Source of the DNA: an uncultured Alphaproteobacteria bacterium
GTDB taxonomy: Bacteria; Pseudomonadota; Alphaproteobacteria; Rhizobiales; Hyphomicrobiaceae
Length of the DNA: 64,000 nucleotides
NCBI GenBank assembly: GCA_963750535.1
Contig: CAVVRF010000007.1
Span: 1,117 to 65,116, forward strand
Direction: 5' to 3'
Below, in pieces: positions 18,366 to 28,018 of this stretch (the stretch's first letter is position 1; each line of letters begins with the position of its first letter). The notes beneath the pieces were generated by a model. The model ran no database searches. It worked only from the letters and a program-made list of their open reading frames with translations, and had not been told where the DNA came from. The translations under genes and the position numbers were made by a program.

Positions 18366-19491
18366 TCAGGCAAAGAGCACCCGGCAATAGTCCTCGACGA
18401 TCTGCTTGCCCGCGAAACGCTTCGCGTCAACGGCGCTTGCCCGTGAGGCTTCCAGGTATAGCTCATCCGATTCCAGCAGCCTGCAGACCAGATTCGCTGC
18501 TTCGACGTTCTCGCCGAGGACGAAATGGTAGCCGGTCCTGCCGTCGGTGACGACCTCGGGCAGTCCGCCGACTGCCGCAACGACGGCAGGAACGCCGCAG
18601 CTCTGCGCCTCGAGCACGGACAACCCGAAAGACTTCGAACTTCGAAGTGGACAGAATAACGCCCCGGCAAGCCCTCGTCTCGGCGTAGATCTGCGCCATT
18701 TCGCTATTGGGAACGTTGCTCAGCCATATCGCCTTGTCCAGCAGGCCGTGCGCGGCCAGGGCATTCAGGAAGATCGATGTCTGAGTTCGATTGGCTATGC
18801 CGCCGGTAACGAAGACGCACCGGATCTCGTGTCTCTTCGCCACTGCCTCCATGACGCGGCATGCATCGACGAAATTCTTGTCGGCTATGAGTTTGCCCAC
18901 CCATACGACGACCTTCTTGCTGCTATCGACGTCCATGTCGACCGGCCTGCAGCAGAACGACTCCGGGTTCACGAAGTTATATGCAACATGGACGCGGCGG
19001 GCATCCAGGCCCGGAATCAACTGCATGGCCTTTCTTTGCAGCCAGAGCGAAGGCACCACGATGTGCGACGCGGCCGAGAAGTCCTTTCCGCTCATGCGAT
19101 TGAACGTGCGCTCGAGCGATGTATGGATTTCGTAAATGATCCGTCTTCCGCGAAAATTGCCGCGGTGCGGGCCGCTGGACATCTCGTGGATTATCTCCGG
19201 CTGATCGACCAGCACGATCGAGTTGAATTTCCGGCCAGCCTCGACCAGGTGGGTAATGGTGGATTGATGGAACTCGCCCGGCTTCGAGAAGATCGTCCTT
19301 GCACCTTCCGCTCTTTCCAGGTCCACCTTGCCGCCGTGATCCTCGGCAAAGAAGAACGTGAAATCGGGGCGCTCCATCAACGCCAATCGCTGTTTGAAAA
19401 CGGAGGTCACGCCTCCCAGGTTGCAATAATCGTAAACGACGGCAACTCTCTTCTGCGCGGCCTCGTCTCGAAGGGCCCACCTGACTCTCAT
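18366..19491 (-). pseudogene. GT4 (group 1) glycosyltransferase interrupted by a +7 frameshift
   Basis: The upstream frame reads ...KKVVVWVGKLIADKNF...[10 protein letters not shown]. After the frameshift the next frame reads [35 protein letters not shown], which is the canonical GT4 C-terminal E-x7-E block. Deleting one copy of the tandem CTTCGAA CTTCGAA at ~18633-18646 restores a continuous ...[23 protein letters not shown]... reading frame. Confidence 0.7.
18633..18646. repeat. perfect 7-bp tandem duplication CTTCGAA-CTTCGAA (plus strand) causing the glycosyltransferase frameshift
   Basis: Read directly in the sequence. It is not a homopolymer. Confidence 0.8.
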
Positions 19492-21077
19492 ATGGCCATC
19501 CCCACTGCGCCCAGCATTTCGGCGAGCCGCGCGGTCCATGTCGAATTGGACACGAGCTTGTCGACCTCGGCCCAGTCGCGTTGCGACGGAGCGTACGCCA
19601 GCGCTCTGTCGAGGGTCTGCGGCAGCTCGAACTCTCCATAGACAAATGTCATCGGGAAGGTGTCGATCACGCCCATCTGGGTCGAAACGACTTTCAACCC
19701 CAACGCCAGATACTCGTATATCTTGATCGGATCCACGCTCCTTGCCAGCCGACCGGCCTTGAACGGGATCAGTCCCACCTCCCATCGCGCGGCGATCTGC
19801 ACGAGCTCGTCGTGGCTCTTGCCGCCAAGATACTCGATGTTGCGAGGGACCATGCGATCAGGGGCGTCGAAGCCGATCACCTCGAACCGCAGTTCAGGCA
19901 GCCTGGCCGCCGCCGCCTCGACCGCGACCCAATCGAACCAATGGTCCGTCAGGTGGCCGAAATATCCGACGATCGGGGCCCGGCGACCTGCAGAGCCAGA
20001 TCCGGCCTGGCGCGCCATACGATAAGGGTGGCTGATCTCGATGAAGTGCTCGGTGGTGCCGTTCGGGGACAGCAGAACGTCGCCCGGCTCCTTCGTGTAC
20101 TGCTGCATCTTGCGTTGAAGCGCCGGGCTGACACAGAACGTCTTGTGCGAATGCAGGACCGCATACTGCTCGAAGATGTTCTCGAACCATTTGCCGCTGC
20201 CGGCAGCCGCAAACTCCTCCCAGTCGTCCCGACATTCATAGAGCGTCGTCCAACCGCAGAATTGGGCGAAATCTATCGCCCTGCACAGCTCCGCGTCGGG
20301 GAGCGACCCGATGAGCACCTTCTGTTGGGCACGCACCGCGCTCAAGAATTCGAGGAACAGGTCCGAAAAGATGTGCAAGGGAAGTTGCAGCAGGCAGCCA
20401 CTCTCGACGCCGGTGATCTGATCGCCTGCCGAATGGCTATATGTGTAGAGTGTCGGGATGCCTTTCTTCTCGAGCGCGCGAGCAAACATCATCGACCGAT
20501 TGGCCCGATTTCCAGCTCCGATCTTCTTCGTGCCAGTATAAATCAGGACGAACTTCGACGCCTCCTCCACCGTCTGGAGCAGCTTTGCCATGGCGGCCCG
20601 CGCGATCGCCATCTCGACGTGACGCGGCTGGCTCTGCAGCCTGAGCGTCGGGGCTAGCCGCACCGTGAAGCTCGGCTCCTCCCAGCCGCTCACGGCGACG
20701 CTCACGGCGGTGCAATTGTCGGCTACCGTGAACCGGGGCGATTTCCCATCGGCGCTGATATAGGCGTAGGTCCCGAACTTCTCGGATTGCGGCAGTCCGC
20801 TGATTCCACCGGGTATCGTTGCGCCTTGAGCATCCACGGCCGAGAACTGGAACAGTCCCGCGCGCTGGGATTTGCGATCGCCGCAACCTTCGAGGGCAAA
20901 CTCGAGCTCGTACACGCCGGCGCCGTCGATGGCGTATAGCAGGGGCGCGGATGGGCCTCCCTTTGGCGGGACAATCGACTTGTTCTTGACCGTGACGGCA
21001 ATGGAGTTGGCGGCAATCGCGCTGCGCGACCCGCTCGTGCCTTGGATCTCGCCCAAAAGCCGATGCAGGGGGATCAT
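19488..21077 (-). CDS. two-domain protein: unknown ~300-aa N-terminal region plus C-terminal GT4-like glycosyltransferase domain
   Basis: C-terminal ...VGYFGHLTDHWFDWVAVEAAAARLPELRFEVIG...GLIPFKAGRLARSVDPIKIYEYLALGLKVVST is a GT-B donor-binding half. The N-terminal part has no motifs I recognise. Its stop overlaps the start of the downstream GT pseudogene (ATGA). Local GC is lower (~55%) than the surroundings. Confidence 0.65.
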   Translation of the reverse strand: MIPLHRLLGEIQGTSGSRSAIAANSIAVTVKNKSIVPPKGGPSAPLLYAIDGAGVYELEFALEGCGDRKSQRAGLFQFSAVDAQGATIPGGISGLPQSEKFGTYAYISADGKSPRFTVADNCTAVSVAVSGWEEPSFTVRLAPTLRLQSQPRHVEMAIARAAMAKLLQTVEEASKFVLIYTGTKKIGAGNRANRSMMFARALEKKGIPTLYTYSHSAGDQITGVESGCLLQLPLHIFSDLFLEFLSAVRAQQKVLIGSLPDAELCRAIDFAQFCGWTTLYECRDDWEEFAAAGSGKWFENIFEQYAVLHSHKTFCVSPALQRKMQQYTKEPGDVLLSPNGTTEHFIEISHPYRMARQAGSGSAGRRAPIVGYFGHLTDHWFDWVAVEAAAARLPELRFEVIGFDAPDRMVPRNIEYLGGKSHDELVQIAARWEVGLIPFKAGRLARSVDPIKIYEYLALGLKVVSTQMGVIDTFPMTFVYGEFELPQTLDRALAYAPSQRDWAEVDKLVSNSTWTARLAEMLGAVGMAI

Positions 21078-21427
21078 GCTCGCTCATCTCTCGGCCAGGC
21101 GGGAAGCTGCCATCGCGATCCATGACCATGCGCAACTTGGCGCAAACGGTCGCGGCACTCCTTGCAATGAACAGCTCGGCATCGTGTGAGACGCAATCGA
21201 CAACGCTGGTCGAAGGCTTAGCAATCGAGGCATGGGTGCCGCAAGGTGCGACGGCGCGGCGGCCTCACGTTGTGAACGGTTGAGATGGCCCGGAATTTAA
21301 TGGGCCGACCGGCCGGAATCGGCGGTGCGGCATTCGAAACGCGGGTTCGGGGGAAGGGTAACCTGCCGCCGGCGACGCCCCCGCCCCCGCGGAATGCCGC
21401 GTCCACCGCATCGATCACCGCTCGATT

Positions 21428-22255
21428 CTAGCGCTCGCCGAGCAATTCTTCCACTTGCGGTCGCGATGGTATGGAGCGATCTCCATTCCCTGGCGTGCTC
21501 AAGCACTGACGGAAAGTTTCGTGGATCGTCTCGAAATAATGGCAATCATAATGGATGGGCGAAAATTCGAAGCGATGCTTCCCGCCAGCATAGATCGGCC
21601 CGTGGTTCAACCACCGAACCGGCACCTCGCAATCCTCGATCGCGCGATAAAGGTCGGCCAGAACCGAGTTGTGCAGCTCCACCTGCCGGGCAAATTTTGT
21701 GCTTGAGATGTCCTGCAATTGCCCGTCCTGATCCAGGTACCGCTCGGCCCAGGACACTCTATGGATGAGAACGTTGGGGCAAATCTCCAGTGCCTTCGCC
21801 AGGAATGGCACCAGGCATCGCCGCCTGAGCGCCATGACTTCGGGCGACCAGGGCCGAAGCACCGGTGTCGACGGCGAAATCACTGCCATCCGGCGCACGA
21901 TGGGGACGCTCGCCGTCAGGTAGGCATCCTGGTACTCGAGCAACCCCAGGCGCTCGTCGATGAAATCGACAATGATCCAATCCGGGCGAGCGAATTTGAG
22001 CAAATCCCAGTGGGATTTGGTGGCGTCCCAATTCGACCGCCGCTCCTCGAATGTCGACGTCCCGATCTGCAAATCGGTCTGTGGTGGGGGCGACATCGCC
22101 GAGCAGATGCTTTGCCGCGCGCCATAATGAACAATGCTGCAAGAATCGACGCCGACTCCCGGGAACTCGAATATTTCGCGCGTAACGCAGGAGCCTAGGA
22201 TGGCTATCCGCAGCCTGTTTTCAGACCTGCACTCCGTTGTCGTGCGCGCATCCAT
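21428..22255 (-). CDS. hypothetical protein (polysaccharide-locus DUF; possible SGNH/DUF6270-like fold)
   Basis: 276 aa from M46 (MDARTTTECRSENRLRIAILGSCVTRE...). There are no catalytic motifs I can assign with confidence. Codon usage is consistent with a coding region. Confidence 0.5.
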   Translation of the reverse strand: MDARTTTECRSENRLRIAILGSCVTREIFEFPGVGVDSCSIVHYGARQSICSAMSPPPQTDLQIGTSTFEERRSNWDATKSHWDLLKFARPDWIIVDFIDERLGLLEYQDAYLTASVPIVRRMAVISPSTPVLRPWSPEVMALRRRCLVPFLAKALEICPNVLIHRVSWAERYLDQDGQLQDISSTKFARQVELHNSVLADLYRAIEDCEVPVRWLNHGPIYAGGKHRFEFSPIHYDCHYFETIHETFRQCLSTPGNGDRSIPSRPQVEELLGER

Positions 22256-22455
22256 GTCCTGGGCTCGTGCCGGGCATTGTCCAACGCGACCGCAGAGCTC
22301 CCGCGATTCGTACCAAGATATTGTAACAGGTATCGCTGGCAACGCGCGCAGGTCGCGGACTTTCACCAAGCAAGCGGCGCGCCGGAGCATAACGTGGTGA
22401 ACGCGACTGGCGGGGCGCCTGTCGATCAGGAACTGCCGGCGCGAGCGTTCGGAAA

Positions 22456-22529
22456 TGGAGCGGGCGAAGGGAATCGAACCCTCGTATGCAGCTTGGGAAG
22501 CTGCCGTTCTACCATTGAACTACGCCCGC
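22456..22529 (-). tRNA. tRNA-Gly (anticodon CCC)
   Basis: Minus-strand GCGGGCGTAGTTCAATGGTAGAACGGCAGCTTCCCAAGCTGCATACGAGGGTTCGATTCCCTTCGCCCGCTCCA. It has a perfect 7-bp acceptor stem, D/anticodon/T arms, anticodon loop TTCCCAA and encoded CCA. A TTGACT-N17-CTAATG promoter-like element lies ~22533-22565 on the minus strand. Confidence 0.85.
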
Positions 22530-22691
22530 CGCAGAGTTCCATTAGTCTCGGCTGGGTCAAATAGTCAAGATTTCCGACTAGTCGGCCAGCGTCGCGCCCT
22601 TGGTCACGTCGCCATAAAGCGAATGTGACTGTGGCGCGTCGAACGCAGCATGCTAACGGAGGAGCCGCAGCGCTTCTGAGGTGCGCCGTAA

Positions 22692-23711
22692 GTGCTCAAG
22701 AGGGGAACAGTGGACTTTCGATCGACCGCACTAGCCAGCGCCTCGCCCCTCGGGCAGGTCGCCGCCGGAAAATTCCAGGATCCTGATCTGACGGCGAGTG
22801 GGGAGCCGAGGGCCGTCGTGCCCTTTGCGCGCCTGGAGACGCTGTGGATCAACACCGGTACCATGTGCAACATCACGTGCCGGAACTGCTACATCGAGTC
22901 GAGCCCGCAGAACGATCGCCTCGTCTATATTTCGGCTGCGGAGTGTGCGGCTTTCCTCGATGAGATCGTAACGCTGGGCCTTGGCACGCCGGAGATCGGC
23001 TTCACCGGCGGCGAGCCGTTTCTCAACCCGGACATGCTTGCCATGACCGGCGATGCACTCGGGCGGGGCCACACGGTCCTGATCCTGACCAACGGGATGC
23101 AGCCGCTGCAGCGTCCCAGAATAAAACAAGGCCTCCTGTCGCTGCTGGCCGAGCATGGCAGCAATCTGTGCTTGCGGATCAGCCTCGACCATCACAGCAA
23201 GCTGCTGCATGAGACCGAGCGCGGACGTCGCACCTGGGACAAGGCGCTGGCCGGCATCGATTGGCTGTCCAGCAATGGCTTTCGCATTGCCATCGCCGGC
23301 CGCACCTGCTGGGGCGAGAGCGATGAGAGCGAGCGCGCCGGCTATGCCGCCCTCATCAGGTCCCGTGGCTGGCAGATCGATCCGGACGATCCCAAGCAGC
23401 TGATGCTTCTGCCGGAGATGGATGGCCTGGACGATGTACCGGAGATCACCGCGGCCTGCTGGGACATTCTCGGCAAGTCGCCGGCTCAGATCATGTGCTC
23501 GACGAGCCGCATGATCGTGAAGCGAAAGGGTGCGGCTGGTCCGGTCGTGCTGCCTTGCACGCTGCTGCCGTACGAGCCGGCGTTCGAGATGGCGACGACA
23601 CTCGCGGGTGCGCTGAATGCCGATGGCGGCATGTTCGACCGCGGCGCGGTCAAGCTTTGCCACTCCAATTGCGCGAAATTCTGCGTGCTCGGCGGTGGCA
23701 GCTGCTCGTGA
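22692..23711 (+). CDS. radical SAM protein with C-terminal Cys-rich domain (ArsS / DUF3641-like architecture)
   Basis: CNITCRNCY (Cx3Cx2C) cluster and GFTGGEPFLNP SAM-binding block. The C-terminal ~70 aa carry further conserved Cys (CSTSRM..LPCTLLPYEP..CHSNCAKFCVLGGGSCS). The specific subfamily is inferred from memory. Confidence 0.7.
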   Translation: MLKRGTVDFRSTALASASPLGQVAAGKFQDPDLTASGEPRAVVPFARLETLWINTGTMCNITCRNCYIESSPQNDRLVYISAAECAAFLDEIVTLGLGTPEIGFTGGEPFLNPDMLAMTGDALGRGHTVLILTNGMQPLQRPRIKQGLLSLLAEHGSNLCLRISLDHHSKLLHETERGRRTWDKALAGIDWLSSNGFRIAIAGRTCWGESDESERAGYAALIRSRGWQIDPDDPKQLMLLPEMDGLDDVPEITAACWDILGKSPAQIMCSTSRMIVKRKGAAGPVVLPCTLLPYEPAFEMATTLAGALNADGGMFDRGAVKLCHSNCAKFCVLGGGSCS

Positions 23712-23801
23712 ACGCAATCGGCGAAAGTCGATCCAGCCGTGGAAGGCATCGCGCCGTCGCCACTGCGCCGGCCTTCCGCGCTCCGATCGGCGCGCCTCGT
23801 C

Positions 23802-24188
23802 TCACCTCTTGACGAGGGCGTCGCGGATCTCCTTGAGGTAGATTTCGGATTGCGGCGGCGAGGGCGGCGCCGCGGCTGTCTTCGGCTTATTCATCTTGTT
23901 TATGGCCTTGATGACCATGAACAGAACGAAGGCGATGATTGCGAAATCGATGATCGATTGCAGCAGCACGCCGTACCTGATCAGCACCGGCTTGGCGGCG
24001 GTGCCGAGGTTGATGCCCCAATCCTTGACGTCGACACCGCTCAGCAGGAAGCTGATCGGCGGCATCAGGACACCTTCGACCAGCGATGTGACGACCCTGC
24101 CGAATCCCGCGCCGATGATCACGCCGATGGCGAGATCGACGACGTTGCCCTTGAGCGCGAACTCCTTGAATTCTTCAAGTATTTTCAT
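23802..24188 (-). CDS. mscL: large-conductance mechanosensitive channel
   Basis: MKILEEFKEFALKGNVVDLAIGVIIGAGFG...FLLSGVDVKDW is the MscL signature. Length is 128 aa. Confidence 0.9.
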   Translation of the reverse strand: MKILEEFKEFALKGNVVDLAIGVIIGAGFGRVVTSLVEGVLMPPISFLLSGVDVKDWGINLGTAAKPVLIRYGVLLQSIIDFAIIAFVLFMVIKAINKMNKPKTAAAPPSPPQSEIYLKEIRDALVKR

Positions 24189-24458
24189 CTCATATCTCCC
24201 CTATGAGCAGAAAAGCCGCTTGTGCACGCCACAATTGCTGCTCGGAACGCTTCGAATCGGTAGCTCTGACGTTATGAGCGCAGCGGCGCACTGACAATAT
24301 TGCCGCCGCCAAGTCAGTAAACACGATTTGGGAAAGACCGCCGGGTCACTCGCCAAGCCCTGCCGGCCGCTCATTGATTGGACATTTGCCGCCCCTTTGC
24401 GCACTCTGGGATCGGCGAGCATCCGCCAGGACCATCATCGGCGCAGGCAGCAAGGGCC

Positions 24459-27400
24459 ATGTTCCAGACAGGAGCGATAGTTGCTCTCGCGATCGGCTAC
24501 GTAGGCGCGCTGTTTTCCATCGCATGGCTGGGCGATCGCTTTGTTCAGTCGAGCAAATCCAATGACGGTCGTCCTCTCATCTATGCGCTGACGCTCGGTG
24601 TCTACTGCACGTCGTGGACGTTCTTCGGCAGCGTCGGCCTCGCCAGCACCACGGGCTATGACTTCGTGCCGGTTTATATCGGGCCGATCCTCCTGTTCGC
24701 GGCCGGCTGGCCCCTGATCGTGCGGATCGTCCGGCTCGCAAAGAGCCAGAACCTGACATCGGTCGCCGACTTCCTGGCAGCGCGCTACGGCAAGAGCCCG
24801 GCGGTTGCCGGCATTGTGACGCTGGTCGCGGTCGTCGGCACGCTGCCCTATATCGCGCTGCAGCTCAAAGCCGTTGTCACCTCCACCGAGGTGCTGCTCG
24901 GCAACAGCCCCCTGATTCCGTTTCCCCTGCCCGAGGTCGGCATTCTCGAGACGGCGTTCGTGGTCGCTCTGGCATTGGCATTGTTCGCCGTGCTGTTCGG
25001 TACCCGCCACATCGACGCGACCGAGCACCAGGATGGACTGATGCTGGCGGTGGCGACGGAATCGCTGGTCAAGCTGACCGCCTTCCTGGCGGTAGGCGTG
25101 TTCGTGGTCTACTCGGTCTTTGGTGGCATCAATGGTTTCGCCGAGCATGCCCGTGAAAGTGTCAAGTTCGAGACGGTGTTCGGCCGGCCCTTCAATGGCG
25201 GCGTCTGGCTGACGGTGACATTCCTGAGCTTCGTGTGCGCGATTCTGCTGCCGCGGCAATTCCACGCGACGGTGGTCGAAAACCATTCCGAGCGGGAGAT
25301 CAAGCGGGCGGCATGGATGTTTCCGCTCTACCTCGTGCTGATCAATATATTCGTCGTGCCGATCGCCGCCGCCGGCCTGATGATCCTGCCGCCCGGGCTG
25401 GTCGATCCCGACATGTTCGTGCTCGCGCTGCCGATGTCGAAGGCGGCCGATATCGTCACCATACTCGCCTATATCGGAGGACTTTCGGCGGCCACGGCCA
25501 TGGTGATCGTCGAATCGGTCGCGCTGTCGATCATGATCTGCAACGGCCTGGTGGTGCCAGCGCTCCTTCGGCGTGGCCTGCTCGAGACCGACCAGCACGA
25601 GGAGCTGGCCGGGCGGCTGTTGATCATCCGACGCGTGGCCATCCTCGGTATCGTTCTGGCCGGTTATCTGGTGCATCGCGCACTCGGCCAGTCGCAGGGA
25701 CTGGCGGCCATCGGGCTGGTGTCGTTCGCCGCCATCGCCCAGCTGGCGCCGGCGTTCTTCATCGGCCTCGTCTGGAGCAAGGGTACGGCGCGCGGAGCGA
25801 TCGCGGGCATCATGGCCGGCATCGCCTTGTGGGGCTATACGCTGCTGTTGCCGTGGGTGGTCAAGGCCGGTTTCCTGCCGGCGTCGCTGTTGACGCAGGG
25901 TCCGTTCGGCATTGCCTGGTTGAAGCCGCAGGCCTTGCTCTACCTGAAGTTCGAGCCGCTGACGCATGGCGTCCTGTGGAGCCTCGCCGCCAATCTGGCG
26001 AGCTATTTCGCGGTGTCGCTGCTGCGCTCGCCCGAACCGGTCGAGCGACTGCAGGCCCGGCTGTTCATAACCGACGAGCCGCTGCGCCTCGGCCACGCCT
26101 CGACGCCCGGCGCCTTCCGGCTGTGGCGCTCGTCGATCACGGTCGGCGACCTGCAGGCTATGGCGGCACGCTATCTCGGCTCCGAGCGCGCCGAACGGTC
26201 GTTCGCGGCCTATGCCGCCTCGCTCAGGCCGGAGCAGGAGCGAGCGGTGCGGCTCGACGCGGAAGCGGACATCCAGGTGTTGCGCTTCACCGAACGCTTG
26301 CTCACCAGCGCGATCGGCGCGGCCTCGGCGCGCCTCGTGCTCGGCCTGCTGTTGCGCCGATCGAGCATCGGCAATCAGTCGGCGCTGCGGCTGCTCGACG
26401 ACGCCACCGAGGCTCTGCAATACAATCGCGATCTGCTGCAGTCGGCGCTCGATCAGGTTCGCCATGGCCTCGGCGTCTTCGACACCGACATGCGGCTGAT
26501 CTGCTGGAACCGGCAGTTTCGCGAGCTCCTGAACCTGCCGAAGGAGATGGTGCGGATCGGCGTGCCGATGGCCGTGGTGCTGAAGTATTGCGCCGACCGC
26601 GGCGATTTCGGCGCCGGCAATCCCGCGCGGCACGTCGCCGACCGGATGGCGAAGCTCGCACAAGGCATGGAACCGATCCTCGAGCGCCCGAGCGGCGGCA
26701 ATCGCATTCTCGAGGTTCGCACCGCCAGCATGCCGCAGGGCGGAATCGTGGCGACCTACTCGGATATCACCGATCGGGTCACCGCCGCCAACGCGCTCGC
26801 CGCCGCCAACGAAACGCTCGAACGTCGGGTCGCCGAGCGGACCGCCGAGCTGATGGAGGTGAACCAGAAGCTTGCCGTCGCGAAAGCCAAGGCGGACGAG
26901 GCGAACCTCGACAAGACCCGATTTCTGGCCGCCGCAAGCCACGATCTGCTGCAGCCGCTGAATGCGGCCCGGCTCTATGCAGCGAGCCTCGTCGAGCGAA
27001 CCATGACAGCCGACGAGGCGCTGATGGCGCGCAACATCGATGTCTCGCTGAGCTCGGTCGAGGAGATCCTGAGCGCGCTGATCGATCTGTCGCGAATGGA
27101 CGCCGGCAATATCGAGCCGGAGATCGCCGACGTGCCGCTGGCAGAGATATTCCAGCGAATGCAGGTCGAATTCGAGCCGCTGGCCCGTTCGAAGGGGCTG
27201 CGACTGCGGATCGTGCCGACGACCGCCGGCGTGCGTGCCGACCGCAGGTTGCTGCGCCGCCTGTTGCAGAACCTGGTCTCCAATGCCGTGAAGTACACGA
27301 CCAGGGGCAGTGTGCTGATCGGGGCGCGACGTTCGGGCGATCGCATCGTCGTGCAGGTCATCGATACCGGCCCAGGTATTCCGCAGTCGCAGCATGAGCT

Positions 27401-28007
27401 GATCTTCAAGGAGTTCCAGCGCCTGCGGGAGAATGCCAGGCTGGCGCCGGGGCTCGGACTGGGCTTGTCGATCGTCGAGCGCATCGGCCGGGTGATAGGC
27501 TCGCCGATCGGGATCCGCTCGTCCCCGGGTCGCGGCTCCACATTCTGGGTGTCGCTACCGCGCGCCGAAATCAAGCGCGAAGCAGCCGCCGAGCCACTCT
27601 TGGCGACGCCGGCCGGATCGATCGCCGGCCTGGTGGCGCTATGCGTCGACGACGAGCCGGCCGTGCTGGCAGGCATGCGCACGCTGCTCGAAGGCTGGGG
27701 TTGCGTCGTGCACTGCGCGACCTCGAGCGAAACGGCACTCGCCGTGACCGAGCGTGGTGTGTCGCCGGACATCATTCTCGCCGACTACCAGCTCGATCAT
27801 GATACCGGTCTAGACGTCGTGAACCAGATGCGGGCCCGTCTTGGCCGCGTGGTGCCCGGTGTCATCATCACCGCCAATCATTCGCCGGAGGTACAGAAGC
27901 AGGTGCGCGCGCTCGGCCTCGCGCTGTTGCGCAAACCGGTGAAGGCCGCCGCCCTGCGCGCTCTGCTGACCCAGGTCCACGTGCGCCGGCAGGCGGCGGC
28001 CGAATAA
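24459..28007 (+). CDS. hybrid sensor histidine kinase/response regulator with N-terminal sodium:solute symporter (SSF/SLC5-like) domain and PAS domain (CbrA-like)
   Basis: ~13 TM helices in the first ~500 aa with SSF-like blocks, then PAS (GLGVFDTDMRLICWNRQFRELL), HisKA (LDKTRFLAAASHDLLQPLNA), HATPase_c (LVSNAVKYT...DTGPGIP...GLGLGLSIV) and a C-terminal REC (LCVDDEPAVL...ILADYQLD...LRKP). Confidence 0.85.
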   Translation: MFQTGAIVALAIGYVGALFSIAWLGDRFVQSSKSNDGRPLIYALTLGVYCTSWTFFGSVGLASTTGYDFVPVYIGPILLFAAGWPLIVRIVRLAKSQNLTSVADFLAARYGKSPAVAGIVTLVAVVGTLPYIALQLKAVVTSTEVLLGNSPLIPFPLPEVGILETAFVVALALALFAVLFGTRHIDATEHQDGLMLAVATESLVKLTAFLAVGVFVVYSVFGGINGFAEHARESVKFETVFGRPFNGGVWLTVTFLSFVCAILLPRQFHATVVENHSEREIKRAAWMFPLYLVLINIFVVPIAAAGLMILPPGLVDPDMFVLALPMSKAADIVTILAYIGGLSAATAMVIVESVALSIMICNGLVVPALLRRGLLETDQHEELAGRLLIIRRVAILGIVLAGYLVHRALGQSQGLAAIGLVSFAAIAQLAPAFFIGLVWSKGTARGAIAGIMAGIALWGYTLLLPWVVKAGFLPASLLTQGPFGIAWLKPQALLYLKFEPLTHGVLWSLAANLASYFAVSLLRSPEPVERLQARLFITDEPLRLGHASTPGAFRLWRSSITVGDLQAMAARYLGSERAERSFAAYAASLRPEQERAVRLDAEADIQVLRFTERLLTSAIGAASARLVLGLLLRRSSIGNQSALRLLDDATEALQYNRDLLQSALDQVRHGLGVFDTDMRLICWNRQFRELLNLPKEMVRIGVPMAVVLKYCADRGDFGAGNPARHVADRMAKLAQGMEPILERPSGGNRILEVRTASMPQGGIVATYSDITDRVTAANALAAANETLERRVAERTAELMEVNQKLAVAKAKADEANLDKTRFLAAASHDLLQPLNAARLYAASLVERTMTADEALMARNIDVSLSSVEEILSALIDLSRMDAGNIEPEIADVPLAEIFQRMQVEFEPLARSKGLRLRIVPTTAGVRADRRLLRRLLQNLVSNAVKYTTRGSVLIGARRSGDRIVVQVIDTGPGIPQSQHELIFKEFQRLRENARLAPGLGLGLSIVERIGRVIGSPIGIRSSPGRGSTFWVSLPRAEIKREAAAEPLLATPAGSIAGLVALCVDDEPAVLAGMRTLLEGWGCVVHCATSSETALAVTERGVSPDIILADYQLDHDTGLDVVNQMRARLGRVVPGVIITANHSPEVQKQVRALGLALLRKPVKAAALRALLTQVHVRRQAAAE

Positions 28008-28018
28008 GGCCTCCGCCG

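Noticed and set aside
24435-27395. 986-aa minus-strand ORF and 720-aa plus-strand ORF (25235-27397) inside the hybrid kinase gene
   Set aside because: Both overlap the 24459-28007 frame, which carries contiguous SSF, PAS, HisKA, HATPase and REC motifs. The alternatives are Arg/Gly/Asp-rich noise.
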